Assembly: GCA_964521995.1 (NCBI GenBank)
Contig: CAZFUA010000001.1
Coordinates: 1 to 30,570 of the forward strand
Length of the DNA stretch: 30,570 nucleotides
Source of the DNA: Candidatus Micrarchaeota archaeon
Lineage (GTDB): Archaea; Micrarchaeota; Micrarchaeia; Micrarchaeales; Micrarchaeaceae
Direction: 5' to 3'
The notes beneath the pieces were generated by a model. The model saw only the letters and a list, made by a program, of their open reading frames with translations, did not search any database and was not told where the DNA came from. Below, piece by piece: positions 1-9,400 of the stretch; positions within the stretch are counted from its first letter, which is position 1; each line of letters begins with the position of its first letter. The position numbers were made by a program, and so were the translations under genes.

Positions 1-36
1 AGGACTGTGGCACAATCTTCTATGGTATGGGAAAAA

Positions 37-643
37 CTGACTTATGTCCCAATCCTCCCTAAAGAGATAGGTTTTGTATAGTCAATTAACTAACTGTTTC
101 TGATGTTGTGTATTGTCCTCCCTGACGTATTTCCTGACGACATCTTCTGTTACCGAACTAACCGACCTGTAGAAATAACCACTGCTCCAAAAATGTCCAC
201 CGAAATATGTCTTCCTAAAATTCGGATGGGAACGGAACATTTCATACGAACTTGCACCTTTCAGCAGACCGATTGCTTTCGATGGGCACATTGTCTGAGG
301 CAGTATTGCAATCACATGTACGTGATCCTCCATAACGCCCAATTCTACTATCGTTATTCCGTGTCTTTCTGCAACTGATCGTATTATCTTCTCGCAATCC
401 ACATAATGAGATTCCTTTTTCAGGGTCTCATACCTGTATTTCGTGCACCACTGCAGGTGCATCTCGTTTATTCCGCCCGAATGCGTGCCGTGCGCAAAGT
501 TATTATTTTCATAGTTCACACTATCCATATTGTTCACGTCTCGGCGGCCTAACGGCCACTTTGAGACAAAATCGAAAGGCAGGGATAATAATCAGCGCCT
601 GTTTCATCCAATGCGTAAACGCATGTGGTTTTCACAGACTTGC
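37..643 (-). mobile_element. IS200-like element (tnpA only; ends approximate)
   Basis: Upstream of tnpA is a subterminal hairpin at 608-628 (minus strand CCACATGCGT-TT-ACGCATTGG), preceded 15 nt earlier by TTGAT (648-644). A weak CCTATCTCTTTAGGGAGG hairpin (71-54) and TCAG (40-37) may mark the right end, which is uncertain. Confidence 0.5.
82..537 (-). CDS. tnpA: IS200/IS605-family Y1 (HUH) transposase TnpA
   Basis: HLQWCTKYR N-terminal motif, HUH motif DHVHV, SSGYF and catalytic Tyr helix VRKYVRE; about 150 aa. An alternative ATG start lies at 528. Confidence 0.93.
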   Translation of the reverse strand: MNNMDSVNYENNNFAHGTHSGGINEMHLQWCTKYRYETLKKESHYVDCEKIIRSVAERHGITIVELGVMEDHVHVIAILPQTMCPSKAIGLLKGASSYEMFRSHPNFRKTYFGGHFWSSGYFYRSVSSVTEDVVRKYVREDNTQHQKQLVN

Positions 644-714
644 ATCAATAAATAGTTTTCCGAACATCTCGGTCCTGCGGCAGCAGATGGAATGAAATTT
701 AAGCTGAATACGGC

Positions 715-2913
715 TCATTCCATGAAGTTCTCCGGTCTGGGCGGTTCTTCAGGCTGGCCCTTCCGCTTCCTTATCTCCCTCACTATCTTGCTCTGCAGTT
801 CCAATGGAAGTCTTTCATAGCCGGCAAATTCATAATACCATATCGCCCTTCCCTGGGTGGAGCTTCTCAGGCTGTTGGAGAATCCCTTTATGACCTCGGA
901 TACTGGCATCTTGGCGTTTATCGACATCTGCTCCCTGTCCTGCGCGATGTTGAGAACCTGGCCCCTCCTGCTCTGCAGCATGGTTATCACGTCGGACATG
1001 TATTCCTGAGGAACGTTGATCGTGAATATCTGCTTAGGTTCCACCAGCGACACCCCGGCAGTGAGCATGCCCGCATATATCGCGTTCCTTATCGCAGGGA
1101 TTATCTGGGCCGGACCCCTATGCACAGGATCCTCGTGTATCTTCGCATCTACTATCTTCACCATGACCCCTGAGCACTTCTCCCTTGCGAGCGGCCCGTC
1201 CTTCACCGCCTCCTGGAATCCGTCTATGAGGAGCTCCATCACCTCGTTGAGGTATTGCACCCCGTGGGTAGCGTCAACAAGCATGCAGTTGTTGTACACG
1301 TATACAACGCCCCTTGCCGTGGGCCTGTCAAGCCCCGCATCTATCATGGCCTGTATTGCTGTCTGGCCCTTCGGCGGGCCATCGCGTATCTTGCCCTCGT
1401 CCAGCGCCGTCCTCACGGAATCCGGAAGAGGTTCGACCTCTATGTAGAACCTAGAGTGCCTGTTAGGCGTCTTGCCCTCGATTGGCCCTGCCTTGGCGTT
1501 TATCGTCTCGTGGTAAACGACTATGGGCTCGCTCGTGGTTATGGGGATCATGAACTCGTCCCTGAGCTTCGTCTCTATTATCTCCAGATGCAGCTCGCCC
1601 ATTCCGCTTATGAGATGCTCCCCGGTTTCCTGGTTTATCTCGACCTTTATGGTCGGGTCCTGCTTTGACAGGACTCTCAATGCCTCGATAAGCTTTGTCG
1701 TGTCCCTCGAATCCTTCGCCTCCACCGCCTTGGTGACTACTGGCTTCGAATAGTGCGTTATCTGCTCGAAAGGTTCTATGACATCCTCGCTCAGGGTGTC
1801 CCCGACAGATATGTCCTTCAATCCTATCAGGGCTGCGATGTTTCCCGCTGGGAGCTGGTCCACTATCACCCTGTCCTGGCCCATGTATATGCCGACCTGC
1901 TGTATCTTCTGGGTGTTGGCCATTCCCGATATGTGGAACTCCACCCCCTTCTTCGCGATTCCGGAGAACAGCCTTCCTACGGCTATCTCCCCGCTGTGCT
2001 GGTCGTATATTATGTTAAACACCACCATTATCGTCTTTGCGCTGCTGTCGACATTCACCATAGACTGCCCTTCCACGCTGCCTATGTCCCCGTGCCATAT
2101 CTGCGGTATCCTGTAGGGCTGCGCGATGTCCGGCGATGGAAGATGGTCTATTATCATGGCGAGAACGGCCTCGTCTATAGGTGCAAGCTCCTGAAGCTTC
2201 TTTATGCCTTCTTCTCCCATTGACGAGTACTCGAACACCTGCTTGAAGTTTATCTTGTACTTGTCCATTATGTGCTTGGAGACGGCCCACCTGTCGTATG
2301 CGCTCCCGAAGCATATGCTTCCGTCCTCGACGCTGACATTCCACTTGCCTACGAACTCCTCCGGGCAGTACTGGTCTATGAGCTTGTTGATGTTCCTTAT
2401 GAGCTCCATCAGCCTTTCCATGGTCTGTTCAGGGGTGAGCCTGAGCTCCGTGAGAAGTCTATCTGTCTTGTTGACGAAAAGAACCGGCTTCGCCTTCTCC
2501 CTGAGCGCCTGCCGCAGGACCGTGTCGGTCTGCGGCATTATCCCCTCGACAGGATCAACTACTAGCACGACCCCGTCCACGGCCCTCATCGATCTGGTGA
2601 CGTGCCCGCCGAAGTCAACGTGCCCTGGCGTGTCTATCAGGTTGATTATGTAATCCCTGTCATTGTAAATGAATCCAAGGGATATGTTGGCCGATTTTAT
2701 CGTCATTCTTCTATCTTTCTCTATGGCCTCGTAGTTCGTGTACAGGACGTCCCCGGATACCGTCTTTGATATAAGGCCGGCCTTGACAAGTAGCGAATCG
2801 GTAAGGGTTGTCTTGCCATGGTGCACGTGTGCTATTATCGCTATGTTGCGTATCTGGCTCACATTGCCCATTAATTTTGTAATCTCCTCTACTATGTACT
2901 CCTTCCTTACCAT
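715..2913 (-). CDS. fusA: Archaeal translation elongation factor 2
   Basis: 732 aa; IRNIAIIAH..GKTT, DTPGHVDF, NKTD, GMGELHLE and diphthamide loop HEDPVHRGP; lies downstream of rps7. Confidence 0.98.
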   Translation of the reverse strand: MVRKEYIVEEITKLMGNVSQIRNIAIIAHVHHGKTTLTDSLLVKAGLISKTVSGDVLYTNYEAIEKDRRMTIKSANISLGFIYNDRDYIINLIDTPGHVDFGGHVTRSMRAVDGVVLVVDPVEGIMPQTDTVLRQALREKAKPVLFVNKTDRLLTELRLTPEQTMERLMELIRNINKLIDQYCPEEFVGKWNVSVEDGSICFGSAYDRWAVSKHIMDKYKINFKQVFEYSSMGEEGIKKLQELAPIDEAVLAMIIDHLPSPDIAQPYRIPQIWHGDIGSVEGQSMVNVDSSAKTIMVVFNIIYDQHSGEIAVGRLFSGIAKKGVEFHISGMANTQKIQQVGIYMGQDRVIVDQLPAGNIAALIGLKDISVGDTLSEDVIEPFEQITHYSKPVVTKAVEAKDSRDTTKLIEALRVLSKQDPTIKVEINQETGEHLISGMGELHLEIIETKLRDEFMIPITTSEPIVVYHETINAKAGPIEGKTPNRHSRFYIEVEPLPDSVRTALDEGKIRDGPPKGQTAIQAMIDAGLDRPTARGVVYVYNNCMLVDATHGVQYLNEVMELLIDGFQEAVKDGPLAREKCSGVMVKIVDAKIHEDPVHRGPAQIIPAIRNAIYAGMLTAGVSLVEPKQIFTINVPQEYMSDVITMLQSRRGQVLNIAQDREQMSINAKMPVSEVIKGFSNSLRSSTQGRAIWYYEFAGYERLPLELQSKIVREIRKRKGQPEEPPRPENFME

Positions 2914-2922
2914 GAAAATCAG

Positions 2923-3654
2923 CTATTTGGCGCTCCTTGCCATGCGCTCTATCTCGTTCTTGCGCTTTATCGCGTAACTGTTTACGTCCATGTTCGCCGC
3001 AAGTATCAGCTCGTTCGCAAGCGCGTCCGATAGTGTTCTCCTGCTTCCGAACGCACTTATTATCGCAGCCATGGCTATGTTCCTCAACGCGGTGTCGAGC
3101 CTTCTGCTCGCGCTTATGTCCACGGCAACGTTGGATTTTATGCCGCCGTAGACGACCCTAGTCGTGTCCTCTATGGGCGCGCTGTTTTCCAGCGCCCTTA
3201 CGAGCACCTCTAGGGGGTTCCTCTTCGTCTGCCTGTTGACATTGATGAATGCCACCTCTATGATGTGCATTGCCTTGAGCTTTTTGCCCTGTAGCCTTCC
3301 CTTCGTGCGTATTATGTGGCCGCTTATCTTTCCGCCCGTACCTCCGCGCATGAGCGTATTGCTCATCCTCTCCACTATGTTCAGGTTCGCCTTGGAGTAG
3401 CTCTTCCTGCTGTCCCTCCTGAACGTGGATGGATACGACAATGGTTTGAGGTTTATGTAGTTCTTGAGGCTAAGGTCTAGCACCTCAACGTCGTATGAAT
3501 ATCTATCGAAAAGAAGCGTGTCTCCGGTAGGTATTGGAGGGCTTTGCATCTCTTCTTCATTTGGCGCAGGTCTGGGTTTTGTCCTTCTCTGCCTTTGGGC
3601 CCTCTCGGCATGATTCTCTTCCTGGTTTTCCTGCGCCGTGTTCTGATCAGCCAT
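2923..3654 (-). CDS. rps7: 30S ribosomal protein uS7 with N-terminal extension
   Basis: NIVER..N.LMR, GKKLKA, NPLEVLVRALENSAP.ED and C-terminal K.NEIERMARSAK; sits between rps12 and EF-2. Confidence 0.96.
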   Translation of the reverse strand: MADQNTAQENQEENHAERAQRQRRTKPRPAPNEEEMQSPPIPTGDTLLFDRYSYDVEVLDLSLKNYINLKPLSYPSTFRRDSRKSYSKANLNIVERMSNTLMRGGTGGKISGHIIRTKGRLQGKKLKAMHIIEVAFINVNRQTKRNPLEVLVRALENSAPIEDTTRVVYGGIKSNVAVDISASRRLDTALRNIAMAAIISAFGSRRTLSDALANELILAANMDVNSYAIKRKNEIERMARSAK

Positions 3655-3658
3655 CTTA

Positions 3659-4096
3659 TCATCTCTTGGGCTTCTCCTTCTTTCCTGCCCTCACCAATTG
3701 TATGTTGGCGCCGTTCACTTCCACCACCTTGTACTTCATTCCCGGGATGCATCCCATCTGGCCCCGTTGGGATCCGCCCAGGCCCTCTATTGTGACCTCG
3801 TCGTGCTCGTCTATGAATCCTATGGATCCGTCTCCGGGAACGAACGCGCCCACAATCGAGCCATTCTTTATTATCTGCACCCTTACGCATTTTATCTGGC
3901 CGGAGTGGGGCTGCTTCTGCCCTACGGCGAATTTCTGCAGCACGAGGGCCTTCGCCCTTGGCACCGTACCCATTGGATCATATTTCTGCTTCAGCTTGAA
4001 CTTCTTCCTCTTGAGCCACTTCTTGAGCAGCCGCTGGTGCTTCCTCTGCCTTAGGAGTTTCCTTGCTGCAAATTCACCGTTTGGCAATGTAATCAC
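3659..4096 (-). CDS. rps12: 30S ribosomal protein uS12 (divergent)
   Basis: FAARKL, KQP.S..KCVRVQ.IKNG, AFVPGDG, DEHDEV, IPG and KKEKP motifs. The real start may be TTG at 4087, with GTGAT as a Shine-Dalgarno-like element. Confidence 0.96.
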   Translation of the reverse strand: MITLPNGEFAARKLLRQRKHQRLLKKWLKRKKFKLKQKYDPMGTVPRAKALVLQKFAVGQKQPHSGQIKCVRVQIIKNGSIVGAFVPGDGSIGFIDEHDEVTIEGLGGSQRGQMGCIPGMKYKVVEVNGANIQLVRAGKKEKPKR

Positions 4097-4396
4097 TTAG
4101 TAGGTTTCATTTAGTATATTGGAGTTTCCTGGATCTGTTATCGAAAGCACAGATACGGAAAACGGGAGACCGCATACGATTCCCAGGGATACAGGAGTGC
4201 CATCGAAGACCTGCGCGTTTATGTTTGACGCCTTTGCAAGATGCAACACGTCGCTGAGCCTGTCCCCCTTGTTCTTGGATGCTATGATTATCAGTTTAGC
4301 CTTGTTTTCCATTATTGCCCTTGTTACCCTGTTGATTCCGAACTCTGCCTTGCCGCTGTCAACAGCTAATCTTATATCGTTGTTTAAATCTGCCAT
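4097..4396 (-). CDS. rpl30e: 50S ribosomal protein eL30
   Basis: DIRLAVDSGK..FG, LIIIAS and LG.VCG.PFSVSVLSI.DPGNS.IL. Start moved to ATG 4396 (99 aa); the ORF-track extension is AT-rich leader. Confidence 0.95.
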   Translation of the reverse strand: MADLNNDIRLAVDSGKAEFGINRVTRAIMENKAKLIIIASKNKGDRLSDVLHLAKASNINAQVFDGTPVSLGIVCGLPFSVSVLSITDPGNSNILNETY

Positions 4397-4542
4397 ACAG
4401 CCACTGACGCAGAAGTATCTTATGATGTAAATACAAAACAGACTATCTATTATTATCTTGGAAAGATATATAATCATTTACCCTGAGGTTAATACTTTAT
4501 TATTGCGCGTTTAATAGCTTACCATGTGGATGGGTTGAACTT

Positions 4543-5403
4543 ATGCTCAAAGCTCAAAGCTCGATAGAGTACCTTACCACGTACGCATGGGCGCTCATCG
4601 TAATAGCAGTGGCGCTCGCAGCGCTGTACACTATAGGAGTATTCAACACTGGCGGGCTTACCGCAAGCGCCTCACCGGGAGGATGCCAGGTGTACAGGCC
4701 ATATGGCGGCGGGAGCGTGCAGGTGATAAGCCTGCAGGGGCTGTGCAGCGGGATAAGGCCCAAATTCGTTGCAAGGTTCAGCGGGACAGGCAACGTTGAG
4801 GTGCCGGATTCCTACTATCTCAATGCCACGTCGCAAATCACGATAACGGCTTGGATATACGCAAGCGGCGGCGGGCCATCCACCCAAGAGGTGCTCTCCA
4901 AGGCATCGGCCATGTCCAGCAACGGCTACATATTCCCAAAGATGGAAAACGGCGGCTCTGAGATCGCGTTCAGCCTTGGCATAGGAAATTCCTGGGACAC
5001 GCTCACTGCAAACTACCCGAACCCGGATTCCTGGCATTTTGTCGCGGCGGCATACAACGGCTACGCGATGAGCATATACATAGACGGAAGCATTGCTGCG
5101 GAGACCGCCTCGTATTCGGGAGACATCAACACGGACAACAACATACTTGTCATAGGTGGAGACCCCGGGACATACTTCACTGGCTTGGTATCCAACGTGC
5201 AGGTATACAACAAGTCATTGAACTCGAACCAGATATCGCAGCTATACGGCAAGGGGATAGGCGAGCCTCCGCAGCTGCTCCAGAACATTGTTGGGTGGTG
5301 GCCCCTCAACGGGGACGCGGGCGACTACAGCGGGAACGGCGATAACGGAGCTAGCAATTCGATAGCGTTCGTATCGTCGTGGAACAATGGCTACTCGCAC
5401 TAA
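4543..5403 (+). CDS. Type IV pilin-like (class III signal peptide) protein with LamG/ConA-like domain
   Basis: KA|QSSIE (Q+1, E+5) followed by a hydrophobic helix; ITITAWI, WHFVAAAYNG..MSIYIDG and SNVQVYNKSL..QI.QLY are LamG-like motifs. Confidence 0.85.
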   Translation: MLKAQSSIEYLTTYAWALIVIAVALAALYTIGVFNTGGLTASASPGGCQVYRPYGGGSVQVISLQGLCSGIRPKFVARFSGTGNVEVPDSYYLNATSQITITAWIYASGGGPSTQEVLSKASAMSSNGYIFPKMENGGSEIAFSLGIGNSWDTLTANYPNPDSWHFVAAAYNGYAMSIYIDGSIAAETASYSGDINTDNNILVIGGDPGTYFTGLVSNVQVYNKSLNSNQISQLYGKGIGEPPQLLQNIVGWWPLNGDAGDYSGNGDNGASNSIAFVSSWNNGYSH

Positions 5404-6398
5404 TTTCCTGCCACTGTCGAATTGCATCCTGCCGGTTCCGTGAAACTGTTGCTCAGCGCAAGCTTGAGGTATCCCAGATATGGTATTGAGCCGACCACCC
5501 TGCCCTGAATGTACGTAAGATTAACAGGGTAGTTGCCGTACTGTATGTCAAGGCCGGGGTTGTTGTCGCCCTTGGTTAGCACATAGTATTTTCCGCTCAC
5601 GTTGAGTATTGCGTAAACCCTGTGGACGATATAGCTGTCCCCCAATTCGTAGAAGTAGTCTTTTGGTATCGTGGCGTAAACAATGACCGTGTTGTTCGCG
5701 TCAGAATAAATAGTGGTGCCGTTTATCGTGACCGCGTTGGTGTAAGCCTCTTTTTCCACCGTGCCGTTGTTGAATATTATGCTGCGCGCACCGCAGGTAT
5801 ACTGTATGAGGTTGCCGTGCTGGTATGTGTAGGGCACTATTCCGCCTCCTGAGGAGGTGCTCCTGAAAAGCCCTACAGAATACCCCGGTTTTATTATCTG
5901 GGACACCCTTACAACGTTTCCGCTGTCGTTGTATGCAACGCATGACAGGAACTCGTTCTGCATTCCGCTCTCGAACGCGGCGAACTCCGAATTGGTTATC
6001 CGCACTGTAGCTGCGCTCAGCTGCGTAGCGTTCCTGACCCCGTGGAGCAGGATGAGATCGCCCCTCTTGAGGTGAGGAAGCATGCTGCAGCTGGGAACCA
6101 CGTCGAGAGGATAGTTCGTGTGCAGTATCGCCCTTAGGGAGAACCAGAAGACTACGACGATCAGCACCGCGAGGGCTATCTCAATTATGTTCCTGATGAA
6201 TCCCTCCTCTTCTATCCCCATTATCAGCTCCAGCACTATCAGTATGACTATCGTCATGAACAGCGCGATCCCGAATATGGTTGCCAGTATGCCCCTTCCT
6301 TGGTAGTATATGAACAGCACGAACAATATTACGAGAAGGATGTAGAACGGTATTGTATTTATTTTCGGTTTGGCCTTTTTCTGCGGCTTGCGCGCCAA
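5400..6398 (-). CDS. Signal peptidase I (S26, archaeal/Sec11 Ser-His type) with large insertion
   Basis: N-terminal TM helices, VPSCSMLP (catalytic Ser105), RGDL, IVHRV (His259), TKGDNN..D and IPYLG. Confidence 0.9.
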   Translation of the reverse strand: MARKPQKKAKPKINTIPFYILLVILFVLFIYYQGRGILATIFGIALFMTIVILIVLELIMGIEEEGFIRNIIEIALAVLIVVVFWFSLRAILHTNYPLDVVPSCSMLPHLKRGDLILLHGVRNATQLSAATVRITNSEFAAFESGMQNEFLSCVAYNDSGNVVRVSQIIKPGYSVGLFRSTSSGGGIVPYTYQHGNLIQYTCGARSIIFNNGTVEKEAYTNAVTINGTTIYSDANNTVIVYATIPKDYFYELGDSYIVHRVYAILNVSGKYYVLTKGDNNPGLDIQYGNYPVNLTYIQGRVVGSIPYLGYLKLALSNSFTEPAGCNSTVAGN

Positions 6399-6406
6399 TG
6401 AAACAC

Positions 6407-9400
6407 CTACTTGCTCTCGGCATTGTGGGCCGGGGTGAGCTGCAGCCCCACGACTCTCGACTCCCCGCTCCTGTGCACCACGCCTATCGCGGTGTCCGCC
6501 GCGGTTATGAGCGAATCGTTGTGGCTTATGACTATGAGCTGGGACTTCCTGCTCATCTCCTTCATGAGCCTGGAGAGCTTCTTAGAGTTCTCCTTGTCCA
6601 GCGAGGCGTCTATCTCGTCGAATATGTACAGCGACATCGGGTTGTGCGCCTGTATGGCGAATATGAGCATTATTATGACGAGGGATTTCTCGCCCCCTGA
6701 AAGCGTCTCTACCGTGCTGTTCCTGTTCTTTGGGGACTTTATGGTTATGGCCAGTCCGGAATTGAACGGGTCCTTCGGATCGTCGAGCCTCAGAGACGCA
6801 GAGCCCTCGAATATGTAGCCGTACAGCCTCTGGAAGTTCGCGTTGACGTCGTTGAGCGTGCCGTTGAATATGTTGAGCTTCCTTGACTCTATCTCGCTTA
6901 TCATCGCGATTATCGAGTCCCCTTCGTTGCCTAGGACATTGAGCCTCGAGCTCGCCTCGTCCACGTCTTTTTTCTTGAGCTCGTAGACCTCCGGTGCCTT
7001 GAGGTTCACGGCTCCAAGCACCTCTATGTCGTGCTTGGCTATCGTCCTCTTCGACTCCAGCTCCTCCTGCGTATGACCTTCTATGAAATTGACGTTCTGG
7101 TATGACATCATCTCCGCCTTTATGTCCGTTATCCTGGTCTGCAGCTGCACCTTCCTTGTCTCCTGTTCCACCGTGTCCCTGTTCGCCCTTTCAAGGTCAG
7201 ACTGGTACTTCCCCTTTTCCATGCCAAGCTTGGACATCTTGGAGTCCAGTTCCTGCATCCTTTTGTAAAGCCCCTGCGAATCTGCGTCGGACTTCCCTAT
7301 CTTTTTGAGTATCTCGTTCAGGCCCTTGCCGAGCTCCTGCAGTTCCGCATCGAGTATTGCCATCCTCTTCCTAGTTTCCTTGCCCTCGTCGTTCTTTGAT
7401 TTTATCTGGGCCTCCAGCTCTACCATCCGCTCGTTCCTGAGCTCCTGCTCCTTTGATAGCGTCGCTATGTTTATCCTGAGCGTTTCGACAGCTGAGCGCA
7501 GCGACCTGAGCTCCTCCATTGAATTGCCGTCCGAACTGGACCTGTGCTTCGGCGAGGCGCCGGCCATGGCGTATATGCCCTCGTTCTCTGCCTTGAGCTT
7601 GTTGAGCTCCGTGAGCAGTGAGTTCCTTTCCGAGTCCGTCTCCGAGTATGCGCTTGCAAGCTTATCGAGCCTTGACCTCATGCCTTCTATGGCTTTCGCG
7701 GACTGGTCGAGCTCCTTTTTAAGCGACTCGGATAATGTGGTGGAATGCTTCAGCTCGATGCTTGCGTTCATCGCTGCGACCTGCTCCGACGCTATTGCCT
7801 TCTGCAGTTCCCCTATTTTCGAATTTACCTCTTCAAGGGCGCTGGATGTGGCAAATTTCCTGTCCTCTAGAGACTTGAGCTTGGACTCGAGGAGAGCGGG
7901 CGACTGCAATTGCCTAGCTGAGCCCCCGGTTATGATTCCTGATGGCTCTATCACCTCTCCTCCAAGTGTGACGTACCTTGCCTTCCCGAAACCGATGGAC
8001 TTGGCATTTTCTATGCTTTCCACCATGTAGGTGTTGGCGAATATGTAGTTGAATGCGCTTTCGAACCTCTTTTCGAATTTTACGTGGTCTACAAGCCTCT
8101 CAAGGCCGTTCCTCTCCTCGTGGCGGCGTGATACCATGTCGTTCATAGGTATGAAAGTAGCCCTTCCAAGATGCTTTTCCTTGAGGAGCCTTATGGCCCT
8201 GTCTGCAGTCTCGGCTGAATCCACGACAAGGTAGCCGAGCCTGCTCATTGCTGCCGCATTCACGGCGACTGCATATTTGTCCTCGTATGTGCACAGCTCG
8301 TATGCCCTCCCGTAGAACCCCTTTGCCATGTTCCTCTTCAGGTAATCGCTTATCCTGTCCGCACCCCCTCCCATGCTTGACAGTTTCTCCCTAAGGTTTA
8401 CGCTGTCCACATAGATCTCGTCCATCGTGCTCTGGTGCCTCTTCACCATGCCTTGGAGGGATTCAAGCTCTTTTGAAAGCCCGATTATGGAGCTCTCGGA
8501 CCTTGAAAGGGCCTCTTTTTGCTTCTCTGCATTTTTGGCCAGGTTTCCGTAGTCTGCGGTTTTGGACGTAAGGGCGCTGCCCTGGCTTTTTATGGAGCTT
8601 TCCAGCGATTCGATCTCGAACTTGTATTGCATGTACTGCTTTGACGCGCTTTCGGAGTTCGCATAGAGCTCGTCTATCCGCTTCTGGTTCTGGTTGAGCC
8701 TGTCAAATTTCGACCTGCCCTGCGCCTCGAGGCCCGCCATCTCCTTGGATGCCAGGAGCTTCTCCTTTCCGCCCAGGTCCGATCTGGCCGCATTGAGCAT
8801 CTTTGAATCTTCAGCGGCCTCGTCCCTGATTTTTTTCTGCTCTGCCCTGAGCTGCCCCTCCTGGGATTCAAGCTCGGCAATGCGCTCTTTCAACGAATTT
8901 ATCTGCGTCTCCTTCACCGCGGTTTCCTTGTTTATGTTTTCCAGTATTTTGTTGGTGCTGCTCAGCTCCACGGAGCGCTCTGCCAGGTTCTTCGAGAGCG
9001 TCGCCTTTTCGCTCGAGAGTTTCTCCAGAACCAAATCTATCTCGTTTATTCCGGCAGTCGCAGCCTTTTTCCTGTTCTCCACATTTGCGAGCGCCTCCGA
9101 CATGGATTTGTAATCCGACTCTGCAAGAGTCTCGCTGTTTTTTAGCAGCGTGTAGCTTATGCTTTTTACCGTTTCGGAGAGCTTTATGTAGCGTTCCGCG
9201 TCCTCCTTCTCCTTTTCGAGCTGGTCCAGGAAACCCCTGCGCTCGTTTAACGCTATCTGGGTCTCGTTTATCCTCGTCTGGACCTTTTCCAGCTCTCTCA
9301 TCGCGTCGTCCTTCTTGTCGTTGAATTCCTTTATGCCCGCCGCGAGGTCTATCAGTTCCCTCCTTTCCTTCGAATTCATGTTTATCATGTAGGAGATCTC

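Noticed and set aside
3-62. Plus-strand frame at the window edge reading DCGTIFYGMGKTDLCPNPP*, resembling a Zn-ribbon tail
   Set aside because: Only 19 codons are visible and they overlap the tentative IS right end; it does not match a TnpB C-terminus and cannot be supported without upstream sequence.
1016-2653. Several 100-156 aa plus-strand ORFs opposite EF-2, and similar ones opposite SMC, GGR and the suf genes
   Set aside because: Antisense shadows of well-supported genes with biased codon usage; no recognisable motifs.
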